A stretch of 61,838 nucleotides of DNA, filler included, from Choristocarpus tenellus KU-1152 (lineage: Eukaryota > Protista > Phaeophyceae): the NCBI GenBank assembly GCA_964200185.2. It is 8 parts of 8 records of this genome, joined end to end, with 100 filler letters (N's around TTAATTAATTAA, not from the genome) between each part and the next. Parts side by side here need not be neighbours in the genome. Positions count along the whole stretch, not along the records: positions 23,680 to 45,440 come from CAXNAD020000326.1; 7 more parts are not named here. One strand, written 5' to 3'. Below are positions 24,902-37,400 of the stretch, one piece after another. The position numbers were made by a program, and so were the translations under genes. Positions within the stretch are counted from its first letter, which is position 1, and every line of letters begins with the position of its first letter. Below the pieces are notes generated by a model. That model saw only the letters and a program-made list of their open reading frames with translations, ran no database searches and was not told the origin of the DNA.

Positions 24902-25968
24902 TAAGTTGCAGGCTCTTGTGATGCTTCCCTTGCTCCTCATCCACTTTTGGAAGGCTATAGCCTGGAGGCATGATAGTAGTAGTAGTATGAACACTGGTTC
25001 GTGTCGGGAACAATTTCCTACAGGATCTTGTACACACATCAAGGTAATTTTTTAGAAAGTAGTCTTTCGAGAGTAGTTACTCCTTTTGAGTAAAATGTTG
25101 TTGTACCCTTGATTTTGATCTTTCCTCTCCTTTCACAGATCACATAATAAAAATACTAGTATGTAAGATAATGTTAATCGAAAATATGGTGTTGATGGTA
25201 CTGTTTGTAGTCATACCAAACTGTCAACAAGATATTTCTTGAAGGTTCTTCGCTTCATTGTTTAATTTCCTATTTTGAAATATTGGGAATTTCACATCCG
25301 AAATTTCGATTAACGTTCTGTGTGTATGTTATTAATTCTAAATTGAAATCATATCATCATTTTGGGATAATTAATGTTAGTTTGTTAGGACTCTAGATCC
25401 TATTAGTAGGAAGATTCAGAAGTAAATTGGTTCTTCATTACTCCAACAATTTAGATATTACAAAATGATAGGGTATAAAGTAATGTGAGTTATGTGAGTT
25501 TTGTGAGTGTGAGAATTCGCCGTGGTAGACAAGGGACTGATGTCGTGACAAAAGAAGGAAAAGATAGGGAGGATGACAGGGGTTTAATGCCTTGAAAGAA
25601 GAACTGGTAGTCGGGACGTTATTTAGAAATGAGAGTCTGAGGATGAGTTGACAGAAAGAAATGTCAAAGTCAAAGGTATGGGGAAGAAGGAATACGGAGG
25701 AAGGATCAAGGTTACCTCCGAGGAACCATTTAAGTAAGTCTTTCCCACTGGCCCGACCTCTCGATTGCTCACGATTGAGTGGGGTGTGGGAGGGAGGGAG
25801 GTCAACTTAGGCGGGGTAGGTGTCTTGTAGTTCAAAGACACTGCATGGGAGTGGATAAAGGTGGATTATTTCGGAAGATTGCGGGGTGTTCTTGGATGAA
25901 CAAGGTTGTTGAGGAATGGAGTGTATGTGAGGTTAAGAGTGGAAAATAAATTACTTCGAAGTAATCCA

Positions 25969-26552
25969 GAGGCAAACCAACTGAGAGGTAGGCAGGGTTG
26001 AACTTAAGTGATCCTGAGAAGAGGGCAAAATGGTGTATTGTACAATTGTGAAAAGAACCTCTGCTGAATTGTGGTCACTTTGTGTGTGGAAAGGGAGTTA
26101 AAGTATCTTAGAGTGTATAGTTTTTCCCTGTTTGTCCATTTGGGGCTTGGCTTCCCACGGGTTTTTAATAACATCTTACCTACTCCAAAATGTTTCAGAT
26201 TAGGTAAAATGTGTTTGTTACGACAAAGTGTGTCTGGAACAAGGATGTTAACATCTCCGAACAAACACGATAGCCAAGATTTCATCAAAATTGCAACATT
26301 GGATATTGTCCCCCAAATGGACGCGACTCTACCCTCTATGATACTTCGACTCAAGGGGGAGTATCAACTTTGTCTACATACTGTTGCGCAAATATACTAT
26401 TGAAATAGAGTGTTTTGTACAAGGGGGAATATCAACTTTGTGTGCACTGTTGCTCAAATAAACAATTGGATAGAGTGTATTATACAGGGTAAGAAAGATG
26501 TCTTAGAATGCAGAAGGGTTCAAATCTGCCCACCTCTCAACCAGTTTGACAC
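25969..26552. mobile_element. MITE family B interrupted by a family A copy
   Basis: TIRs GAGGCAAACCAACTGAGAGGTAGG / CCCACCTCTCAACCAGTTTGACAC; TSD TCCA/TCCA; homologous to 2619-2876; also has a short internal duplication after the insert. Confidence 0.82.
26095..26352 (+). mobile_element. MITE family A nested in family B
   Basis: Full-length 258 bp; perfect TSD AAGG/AAGG. Confidence 0.9.
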
Positions 26553-26679
26553 TCCAGAATTGTGTAGAGAAACAAATAATAATTATCTGGAACACGATAA
26601 TAGTTCCAAACTGTAAAGTGTCGGTCAGTTGTGGATGACCATGGATATATAAATACAGATATAGCAAAGGAGGTACACC

Positions 26680-26875
26680 TTATAACTTGTACTGCCGAAT
26701 TTGATTTACCTCTGAAGGTGATTTCTGTTATCCACCAATTCCATGATGGTATGAGGGCATGTGTTTGCATGGATGATGATGAGTGCACTGACAAGTTCGA
26801 GATTGGAATGGACCTTCGGCAGGAGTGTTCTCACTCCACTCACTTCACCTTCTTCACTGCAGTGCTCAGTGTCAC
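26680..26875 (+). mobile_element. RTE LINE reverse transcriptase remnant
   Basis: FDLPLKVISVIHQFHDGMRACVCMDDDECTDKFEIGMDLRQEC matches RTE RT segment FGVPxKxIxVIRQFHDGMRA..GLRQGC. Confidence 0.85.
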
Positions 26876-29149
26876 AGGCGATGGGTCTATTGGGTGTTGC
26901 ATACACGCCATTATGACCTTTAAGTCCTAGACTTAGTATATTGTGCTTTTGACTATTTATTAATTTGTCGTAGTGATGCTGTACATAGGTCGTGCTTGTT
27001 TGTTCAGTCCTTTTGATATACTTCATTCAAAGTAATAAAGTGAATAATCAAAGTGAGAGATCAAGTATATTTGAACGTGTTTCCACTAGGGCGTCCATCT
27101 TTACCCTACAGGCTTGTGGATTGGATTTAAATATCTCATTATGGTAAGCTTCCAGAGCATTTTATAATATCGAGGTTCTACCTGTCTCTTCATACCGGAG
27201 AGAATACCCAGCTTGCCAGATGGGACTGTTAATTGCTCGTTGGGACGCTGTGGGATCTCATGGTTTTGTTGACTCCTTGGGATGTCCTGGACTCGTCTTC
27301 ATCTCCGCTTCTCTCGAATTGGAGGAAAGGGTCTGCATCATCGCATCTGTGCCGCAGATGCCACAACCCCAGCGAGGAACGAACCTTGCGACTATGAGAG
27401 GGCATTCACTCATGTTCGCATTGATGATCTGCTCTCAAGATAACGGCTTGAGGGTCTCTCTTTATGACCTTGAGGTTGCGTAATAGAGTCGAGGTTGCCT
27501 TACGGGTCTCATCAATGGCCTGTACTCGAGTGCATGGCTTCAGACCTCTCTTTATGACCTTGTAGCTAGGCAAGAGTGCAGGGCGCCTTACTGTGTCTAC
27601 AGGGTCCTACCAATGACCAGTGGGCCAGACCATGAATTCAGAGACTCCCTCTAATGAGGGGAAGATTTCAAGATTATGCATGGGGGTGCTGGCAGCATTA
27701 CTGTTCCGCGTGTCTCAATTTTCTGTAGAGTAGGTTCCACTTTATTCGCATACCAACTCTTGTTGTCCGTTGGTGCTCTCGCTGTCTGCATGCATTATCC
27801 TCCATTGCAATCACTTTCAGGTACACAGGTACCCAGCAGTTCAATCAGTCACAACTCAGGCGCATGTGGCTAGGGGAGCACAAGGTGTGCTTTGCCCGTG
27901 ACCCATAGGTCTGCAAGGAGAAAGGATAGAGGCTGGATGCTCGGGCTGAGCAACTTGAGAAAGAGACAAAATGGAGCGCAGGACGAGTCTGATATTTATA
28001 ATCTTCGTAGAACAGTGAACAAGAGCACACTGGAGATGGCAATAGGGTGGGGGGAGATTGTTACGTGTAGATGAGTGGGCAACAATATATATTGGATTTG
28101 ATTACAACAAGAGGAGAGTCTTTCAATGACAGTACCCTATTACTATATCACCAGACATCAATTTATGTCTTGTAATTATATTTGGTTATAGTAGCTGAAG
28201 GGGAAGAGTCTATGACAGTACCTTACTAGTATGTTGTTGTGAGACATTTTTCTTATTTTTTAATGTTCATTGTTCTTAGGGAAGGAGAGTCTCTCTATGG
28301 CAGTACCCTATTTTGACATGAGTGTGAGACTCTGGTGTAGGATGTTTTCTCTCGAACTTTGAGTCAATTGCAGAGTGAGTGCCTTGAGGTGAGATTGACA
28401 TGCTAGAATATCTGTTGTCATGGCAAACGTTGGAAGGGGGACTTTCCTCCGGGTTTCCTCCTCCATCCCAACGCTGCCTACTGATACATGAGGACCTGGA
28501 AGTGACATTCATTTCGTTTGTGCTATCTAAATTGTAGGATAAGGAATGACATGTTAGTTCCTTCTACAATCACCTGTTCTTCACATTGAAACAGTTATGA
28601 TTCATGCTGGGGGGCATGTCACAGGTGATTGGTCGTAATGGCGGTTTCATAATCGCCATTATGACGTTGAAATCCTAGATTATATATCTTGTACCTCTTG
28701 ACTACTTCCTCCGTTCGGAAGTAGATGCAACATACTTTTGCAAGCTCAAACTCCGTTCTCACACGGGAACGACCCACAAGATAACCCTCTGGACCAGGAT
28801 TAGTTCTCATATAGATTGGGAGAAATGCAAAATTTGATATGGTGGGTAGTCATGACTGTGGAAGATCACCAGTGCAAAGTCGACTAAGTTGCATTTAATG
28901 GGGTTTATTGGGATACTGAGGACAAAGATCCCCATCGTTCGAGCGATTCACTCATCCCTTCATCGCTTATCGGTTCCAATTCATCGGCCCAGAACTCTGT
29001 CCAGGATCTAGACTCGAAAATCCCAATGAAGAATAGCGTGGTGGTGCGATGCCTGTAGGCGATAGGGCGCGAGACTCGAATGACCTGGAGGACGGCAGCA
29101 GCCACCATAGAGAGATTTCTTGAATCACCATGTTCTGTCATCTGAAGGG

Positions 29150-29780
29150 ATATGGCAGCCAGATCGTACGGGGTGAATAATTGGACCTTGTACGACGTCG
29201 CAAGGAGCGATGTAGCCACCGTACAAATAACCGTGTCGTTTGGGATGTCCCGTCGGTACACCGCACATCCTCGCGCAAATGGTCGCCAAACCTGGGGTCT
29301 CCATTGCCCTCATTGTGGGACCTGTACAAGTGCGAGAAGGTGAAGAAGGTCAAGCGAGGGATTAAGCCAGTCCTCTTAGACCAGCAGAAAGTCAACAGGG
29401 TGGGTTTCGTCATCAGCCGCATGCACAGGAAGGAGGGAAGTTGGGTATTAGTGGATGATCTATATGACTGGGTGCATGTGGGCGAGAGTGGTTTTACATC
29501 CTCAAAGATGAGCAAGGTGTGTACCTGCACCTGACTGAGGGTCCACCCACCTCCCATAGGCACAGAATAAGCAGTACAATACGAAGATTGTGTTCTTTGC
29601 AGCTGTGGCCCGCCCTAGGGAGCTCTCCAACTGGGTGTGGTTCAATGGGAAAATCAGGACTTGGCCATTTGCGGACACTAAGGTCGCTCAGCGCTCCACC
29701 AAACACCGCCCCAAGTGCACCTAGGACCTTGTGCCAGCTACGGTGTACGGAGAGAGGTATTAGAAGCTCAGGGATCTAAT
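29150..29780 (+). pseudogene. Mariner-like (DD39D, Soymar/Osmar-type) transposase pseudogene
   Basis: Through two frameshifts: IKPVLLDQQKVNRVGF..DDLYDWVHV / WFYI..YL / KQYNTKIVFFAAVARPR..WFNGKIRTWPF..AQRSTKHRP, the characteristic DD39D motifs (VHVDEKWFY, KVMFLAAVARPR, FDGKIGxWPF, AxRSSKNRP). Confidence 0.85.
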
Positions 29781-30252
29781 ATTGGTATGTACACATTGCC
29801 GAAGGATTCTGGGAATGCAGCTGAAAGTGCATGGTCATTAAGCCTGTCTTCTTGTTGTGTGATGACAACCTGTAAGTGAAGAATCCCACGACTCCGTCAA
29901 GTCTAGTTTAAAAGGAAATGCTCTTCTCGACATTGTTAGTTGAGCAGTAACTGATATATCTCTATTGAGGTTGTTTTCACTGGTTTCTTCCTGTGAAACC
30001 CTCTGCCTGCCACCTATGATCTTCAACAACACCATCAGTTGTTAAGTGATGTAGTGAAGGTTGTGATAAATACGATATCGTATCGAAAATCAAAAACCAG
30101 TCAAATGCCTCCCAATGATCATATATACCTCCTCTCTCAACGGACTCCCTCAAACCAACAAGAGATTTTGCGTTATAGGCAGGGTTGGAAGGCGATCGCT
30201 AGATACAGTTCCATTGCCCGTGGTGTGGTGTGGTGAATTATATTCAATTGTG

Positions 30253-33200
30253 ATGGGGGATGAGAGTAGAGAAGATGGATTGGAAATATCTACAGCGGGC
30301 ACGATGTTGAAATCGATAAGTGCAGATGATCAAGAGGAAGTCAAGCCGAAAGGGAACAGGGGGAGCGTTGAAGGTAGCAGAGGAGACGGATACGTGGGGG
30401 ACAATGTGAAATTTTTTGGTACAAAAAATAGTGTGGATGAAGACAAGGAAGACGAGGATAAAGAGGGGGAGGAGGAAGAGGAGGAAGAGGAAGATCTCAG
30501 TGGGGGACGCCGTAGGAAAGTGACAGAGAGGTTCGCCGACACCTTCCAGGTACCAAATTAGTCGGTTTTGAATTAAGTGGTCGATAGATCAATATGGAGA
30601 TGTCGTAGGCTCTTCTTCTGATGACCTCTCTCTTTTCTTGTCGGATCGTGTCGCCCCAATTCTCATCGCCTCTCTCAAAGACTTCGCTCTTAGCTTACGC
30701 ATTTGCCAAACGATGAAATGTGATTCCCTAGCTGCAGCAATCGACTGCATGAGAATTTCGCTCTGCTATGCGCCTTAGTTCGGGCTCGTTGAAAAATTTC
30801 AGAGGTGGCCAGCGAGTCATCCACGATTCCGCAGTGTTTCAGTTTCAATGTGTTCTACGATTATAGACTACGGCAGATGTTTCAGGAAATGATGCATATC
30901 TGGCAAGAAAGGATCGTTCTGAAGACAGGTATGCCGAGAATGCTCGTTAGTTTTGGTCGGTGTCGTACCCAACTAGTCTGTTCAATTGAAACGCTCAACT
31001 TTTTTTGCTGGCAAGACATGGGGAGGTCACCTGGGCATTGATGCAATGGTGTGAATTGCATGCATGGCTTTCGTCAGGACGTGAGAATAGATGTGCGATC
31101 AAGGCTTAAGAGAAGATAAATTATGCAAAACCAACCACGACCAAATCATGAGACAGGTCCTTATCCCCTCATCGTATCCCGCACCCCAACTGTTTCTTGT
31201 AACCCCTCTCTCCCACACGATACCGATATGGTCCCAACAAAGAGGCCATCGGAGGCAAAGAAAGTGGAGGTGGTGATGGGGAAGGGTGTCAAGTTGGAGG
31301 ACATGCCCAATGTCATGGAACGACTGTTGAATATCCCTCGTACAGCTCCAGTGCTGACAAACCTCCATCACGTTATATTCGGAAGGGTGGGAAAGGTCAG
31401 CCAATCTTGTGTGAATGGTTGGGAGGAATGGCATCTGTTTCACATAGATCCACAGACAGACTCTGTTGGCTCTTTATTTAGATTTTACAAATCACTTTTG
31501 CTTCAACTCTAGGCATGTCAGCAAATCACAGCAGTATTCTAATTGCCCAAGTTTTTAAGGCTGCCTCAGAGCATCTGTTTGAATGGTGGGCACTTTGCCG
31601 GAGTACCATGTTATATTTTGTTATTACCATGCATGAATGTCATGGTAGTATTTCTTGTGCGTTGTGTGGACTTCTTGCCGCTTTGCACCCCTCAACCAAA
31701 GCCGAGTCATTGACTCTTCCTCTGTCTATAAATCCTTGTTCAATGGCACCAATGTTGCTGTCATCACCACCTCAATTACATTCTTGCAGAAATCAGAGCT
31801 GAAGGGAAATTTTAGATTATTCTCTGGTGTTGTTCTCTCGGACCAGTCGGATCGAACCAAGCTCAAGGCAAGGTTGGAAAGCAAGAAGTGGACACTGCCC
31901 ATGCTTAAGGAAGGGATGGACTTACTAGAGGTTTGTACGTGATTGATGTAGGATGGAATGGAAAGGTCAGTGCTTCAGGAAATGGAAATTCTGTATGTGT
32001 GTGGAGAAGGGGGGTGGGGGGCAAGGAGGAGGGGGGCATAGTGTAGGGGATTGGTTGAGTTGTGATTTGGACAGGTGGGATGTGGGTGGGAGTGTGCAAG
32101 CTATAGTGTGAGGGTTGCCAATGTGCACAGGAGCTGCACCATTGGAAACTGGACCAAATCTATGACTGCTGTGCATGCCGTTGATTGAGCACCATGGTGA
32201 ACTATTGGTTGTATTTGTCAAAAGCGGTAAATATTTTTGTGATGGTAGTCCTTACTGTCCTGAGGTCCTCTTGGGAGGTAACGACTTTTTCTTAGGTAGT
32301 GATAGGTGGTGCATTCCTCACCTTGAAGTTTCATTGTGTACCTTGCAGAAGAACGAGTCCACCTCTAACACTGAACAGTGATTGCAACTGAGCATGATGC
32401 TTCATCAAGTATTTTGTGGTTAGCTCTTGTGCCCTGTACCATTTTTTCTTGTAACTACTATGGTAGGATAGGGCTATCCCTATCTGTACACTTAAAACTA
32501 CCCCAAAACTAGCCCACATCCTTAGTTCAGTCCTTCACCCTGATACCTGCTAGGTGCCACGCTTTGGATCATCATTTGAGGGTAAAACCCCCGACAAGAG
32601 CAAGCTCATTGAAAGGTTTATGGAATGGCTGGAGAATCCTCAGCCCTCAGGCAAGAAGGTATGCCCCCATTCCCATCCCCTTCCCTTAGCAACCTTTTAT
32701 TGTTCTTCTGGTTGGAGTCGTTTTTGCTTCTTGGATGGGCTTTTGTTTGGTTGATGTGCTCTAGTGGCATCATTCTTGTACTACGCATCATGTTTTTACC
32801 ATGGTGTAAATTATTACTGATGCAATACAATGGAGATTTAGTTGTGAAAATATTACTAGAGTAGGACAGAAGAACTCCCTTGATTGATTGGTCTCTTGAA
32901 GAGTTTCAGGAAGTCATCCTCTTCTGTACCTTGGCCGGTGTGTGGCGTGCCTGTCCTATGACTACACCGCTGATGTGAAGTAGGACCTCATCAACCTTAC
33001 CTACCCTGTATGTTTGTAAGTGAGCAATTGCCATGGGCATGCTGTGTGCACAAAAAGTCCAGCTGTCTGGTGTTAACTTTTTGAAACCTGGAAGGATCCA
33101 AGGGAATGAGGTATATGAGTGTTGACAATCCTAAGTGTTTTTTTTCAGGTTTCTTTTTTTTATAGTGGCAATCTCTAGGCGCATAATGCAATTTTAGCTG

Positions 33201-34445
33201 GAGACAACAGGTTAGTAGACTCTACGGGACTTGACTGACTCATGGGACCCTTGCCTTGTTTTGAGAACGCCTTCATAGCACCAGTTCAAATATACGTTCG
33301 GTGCCTCTTGGAGCCCATGGGACAAGCAGTGTAGTGCGGTTTATTTGCTTCAAGTTCCATTAAACATACTACATCTACTGGCTGTTTCAGCAGGGAGTAA
33401 CTGGGGGGGTGGGCAGGGTGGGTGTGTTGGGGGGGGGGTGATGATACGTTAACAGAGCTTTGCAAGGGTCGGGAGTAGTGTTGTGAATCAGAAGCACTTG
33501 CTTCACAAAAATATATGTAAAAAATGGTCCAAAAAAGGCTTGATAGACTCGATTTTTGTCCAGTTGTGCGAAAGCGGGGAGCACTGTAGGGTTAGGGTTA
33601 GTATATACAGTACCAATCAGCACCAATGCACAAAAGAAACCCCCCCCGACCAGGGCCTTATACTGGACCAGGTAACTTTCGACAAGTCTGGGTTGCAAGC
33701 CGACTTAGTGAGAATTGCTTCTGAAAGGACTGGACCTGGTCCACAGAACTTCTAGCCAGGGCTGGGTCGCAGGCTGGGTTAGGGTTAGGGTTAGGGTTAG
33801 AGTCTTTCACGGGTGTAATGTGGTCAAGCCGTAGACCAGTTCATGCATGATGTATATTTTGAAAGGATTGATTGCTGTGTCCTAGTTTTAGCTGGGTCCA
33901 GTTTCAGGTTGGTTGGATTGGATAAGATGGTTTGTGTGTGAATTATAATGTCATTGAATGTTCAATGTCTTAGGTTGTAGAGCGCTCACGGTAGCACTCT
34001 CGTACATTTAACATGAACCCCCCAGCCCGAAGAAGAGAATGTTTTCGAAAGGATTAGCGTGCGAAAATTGTCATTTGCCCTGGACAGGCTAGAGTATATG
34101 ACAAGTGCTAACCCAGGGCGAACCAGCTATTTGCCGATCCAATGCAACTGCGGGTTGGAAACTGTCCTCAAGAGTGTCCGTTCTTCTACCGATTCTGAAA
34201 ACTAGCTGGGAGCTGTAAGTACTGGGGGAATATACGGTGTGTTGATGTTGATGTTGATGTTGATGCTTGGTCCCTACCACTGTTGCACGGTGATATTACT
34301 GGTTTTTGATACACATCGGTAGTTGTTTGTGGAACTGTATGATACGTGCTGGCATTCTCACTCTGAGTCAAAGTACATGAGAGGTATCCATGGTTTCGTC
34401 TTTAAGGATGCTGATAGATACGTACAAAATTGTACCTTTTTTTTT

Positions 34446-34477
<32 letters not shown>

Positions 34478-37400
34478 AGTAAGTGTTTGTAGGATATTTT
34501 CCGAATTGTGTCCGAGTGTTTAAAACGATGGAGAAATGAACCCTATCAAGACAAGCGGCGGACCCTATCAAGACAAGCGTAACGCTTCATCCGCGTGATG
34601 TGGGCGAATTGTGAAAGATTGAAAATATGCTACAATGTACAATGGCAAAAGACTGGGCACCTCTTTTTTATTTTGGATCTCTACCACATAGTTTTTTGGA
34701 GAGCTATACATGTCAGTACTCCCTATTTCAAAGTATGAATTATCTGGTGCCATTGATGCTTTCTAAGCAGCTATGTAACTCTATCGATAGCAGAATAAGT
34801 AATGTCTGAGGGTGGTCCAGTACACCTGGTAATGTCATAGAGATTTCTGCTGCATTTGTGGTATGCTGACCCAGTCGGTAAGCTATGTCTGTAGATCACC
34901 TTTGAATATTTGAGGCTAAAGATACAGAACTCAGTGATCGAGTGTTTTAATCTGGGCTGTGACAGCTGCCACAAGTGAAGAAGTGTTTTTTTCAATATTT
35001 ACTGTCCTACAGGACACCACGTATCTCTCAGGCTTATCGTATCAACTTCAAAGTGAAGACAGTGTGCTGTTATGATACATACATATCGTGTGTGTTAACC
35101 TGGAGACACTGTTCCTGTGGGTTGGACAGATTGCGACACTCGTGAGGTTCTTTCCGCATCCTAGACCACCTTCATAGCGCTAATCTAGAAGGGCAGCTGC
35201 ATCTTCTTGTTACGGTACTTCTCACGGTACTTGTCAGGGAATGAAACAACCATCGTTGCACAGGAAGATTTTCATTGTAAGCAATGGTGACCTGACATGC
35301 CAGCAAACTAGGCCATTGAACTATTTTAATAGTCCATTGAGCTTGTGTTTTCTTTGCAGAACTTTTGAGTAGGCTGACTCTGGTGAACTATTCCCGACCA
35401 GCTTGGTCCACCCACGATGGATTAAAACAGGGCCAGGTGCCACATCCAACCCTCTTGAAATAGGTTTGTATGGGGTCGCCCCAGTTGGATGACAGAAAAT
35501 TTGTAATTCTAAGGTCGATGTACCTCTCACTAGAAGTAAGAATTTTTGGTGGTTGTAACTGTCATTGGAACAAAACTCGTGCGTAGAAGGTGAAGATGGC
35601 CGTAGGCCGTTCAAAGTTAATACTATTTTTTATTTTTGCCTTGGTTGACTCGGCCGACCTATATGCTCGACAACTGTACTTGTTTTATTATCGCTGAACC
35701 ACCATACCCAGATACCCAGATAGGTACATCTATTCTGAGGAGGTCAAACTAGAGTTGAGTTTCCAGTAGGAAGTATGCTAAGAAAAGTGCAAAGAGGAGT
35801 TCCACTTTCCTTCACAACGATACAGATTTAGAACAATTCCCTACGATTCAGGCTGACGTGTGTTTGGGATGTTTCAGGGATCTACTCGATATATTTTGAC
35901 TCGACAGGCCTGACGCACGTTTTTGACTAGACTGTGCCAAGGTAGACCTTCTCTAGCAGGGCCAGTCTGCGAGCAAGCCTCCAAACCCGGGCTGGTCAAA
36001 AGTGCCCTGTTTTATATATATGACTTGGGTGCATCATGAGCTTTCTTTTTGTACGTTCTGTGGTGGCAGTCCCAAGATGGCACAACATAGCCTATGTGAA
36101 CAAGTAATCTGACGTAATCGACCTAATGTTACCAAGCATTGATTCTCCTTGCCATGCCCTGCCCCTTCCTGCCCTCCACTGCATTCAACTAAATCCAAGC
36201 TGCCCGGTAAGACAAAGGCAAAAGGAAAGCGCAAGGCTCCAGGCAAGGTGGGACTGTCAAGGGTCAATAAAGTTGGAGTTGTCAGGGTCCTTGTGTTTGG
36301 CTCCTGTGTCAAACTCACATCAAACCAAAGTAGTGCAAATCCTGAGTAGGGTTGTAGTGCGTGTCTGTATGTATTGCACATTTGTATGTTATCTGGTCAG
36401 TGTAGATGTTATGACATGACAGGAGTTGCCTACTTGTTTGTGCCCTCCAAATATTTTCAACCACACCATGGTTAGTTTGCACTGTGAATCCGTAGTAACA
36501 ATGCCCTGTGCTGTCTTTGTTGTGTCATGTAATGATCAATTACATAGTTGTAAGAAACAAGAGTAGCTCTACCGTAGAGTTGACAATGCTGATGTCCTTT
36601 TTGGGAACAAGGAGATGGTAAACACTATGGAAGAGGATGGTCAATGAGTTGTGTGTGTGTGCATGTAGGTACAGTATTGTTGTGCAGTCTGTGCGAAAAG
36701 TACCACCTACCATTAAAGCAATGGATGAGGTATTCTCGAATACTGGCATATAATAGATTTTGTTTTGCAGCCACTTTGTTCCCACCACACCCGAATTTGA
36801 GAAGACAGAAGCATGGACTCATGATCCAATGAGGAATGTTACCTTACTCCCCACCCAAGAATGTAGCTCCCTCAGATCTTTGATCTTAGATATCTCCTGC
36901 CCAGATTCAGCAAGACTGATATGTAGCCCTCATCCCCACCTAACCAGTACTTTTCAACGCCATTGCCTCATTACCCTCTCATACCTGTGGATTTTCTATT
37001 CAAGTACCTTGATCCTTGTTCCCTCTTGAAAACTTCACTATGTACATGAAATTGTATTGTGTATGTGTGTACATGAAACTGTATTTGTGTATGTGTGTAC
37101 ATGTATTCCCGTTGCTTGGAAAGGGGGCAAAAAGAGTGCAAAAGGTTGCCAAGGTGATCAATAACACAAGTGCAGAAGGCAACAAAGGTGGGAAGGGGCA
37201 TGCAGAGGATGGGGAGAGGACAGAGAGCGAAGAGGATGGGGAAGGGGAGGGGGAAGGGAAGGGGGAGCAAAGAGAAGATGAAGAGGGTACAAGTAGCAAT
37301 GGAAAAGAGGATGCCGCGAAGAAGACACCTCCAAAAAAGAGAATAACCACCAAGGCAAAAGCCAAGACCACGAACAAGACTAAACGGAAGAAGGGTAAGT

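Noticed and set aside
24641-24904. TAA 3-bp TSD suggesting PIF/Harbinger for MITE family A
   Set aside because: Three other copies show clear non-TWA 4-bp TSDs; this copy's left end is mutated
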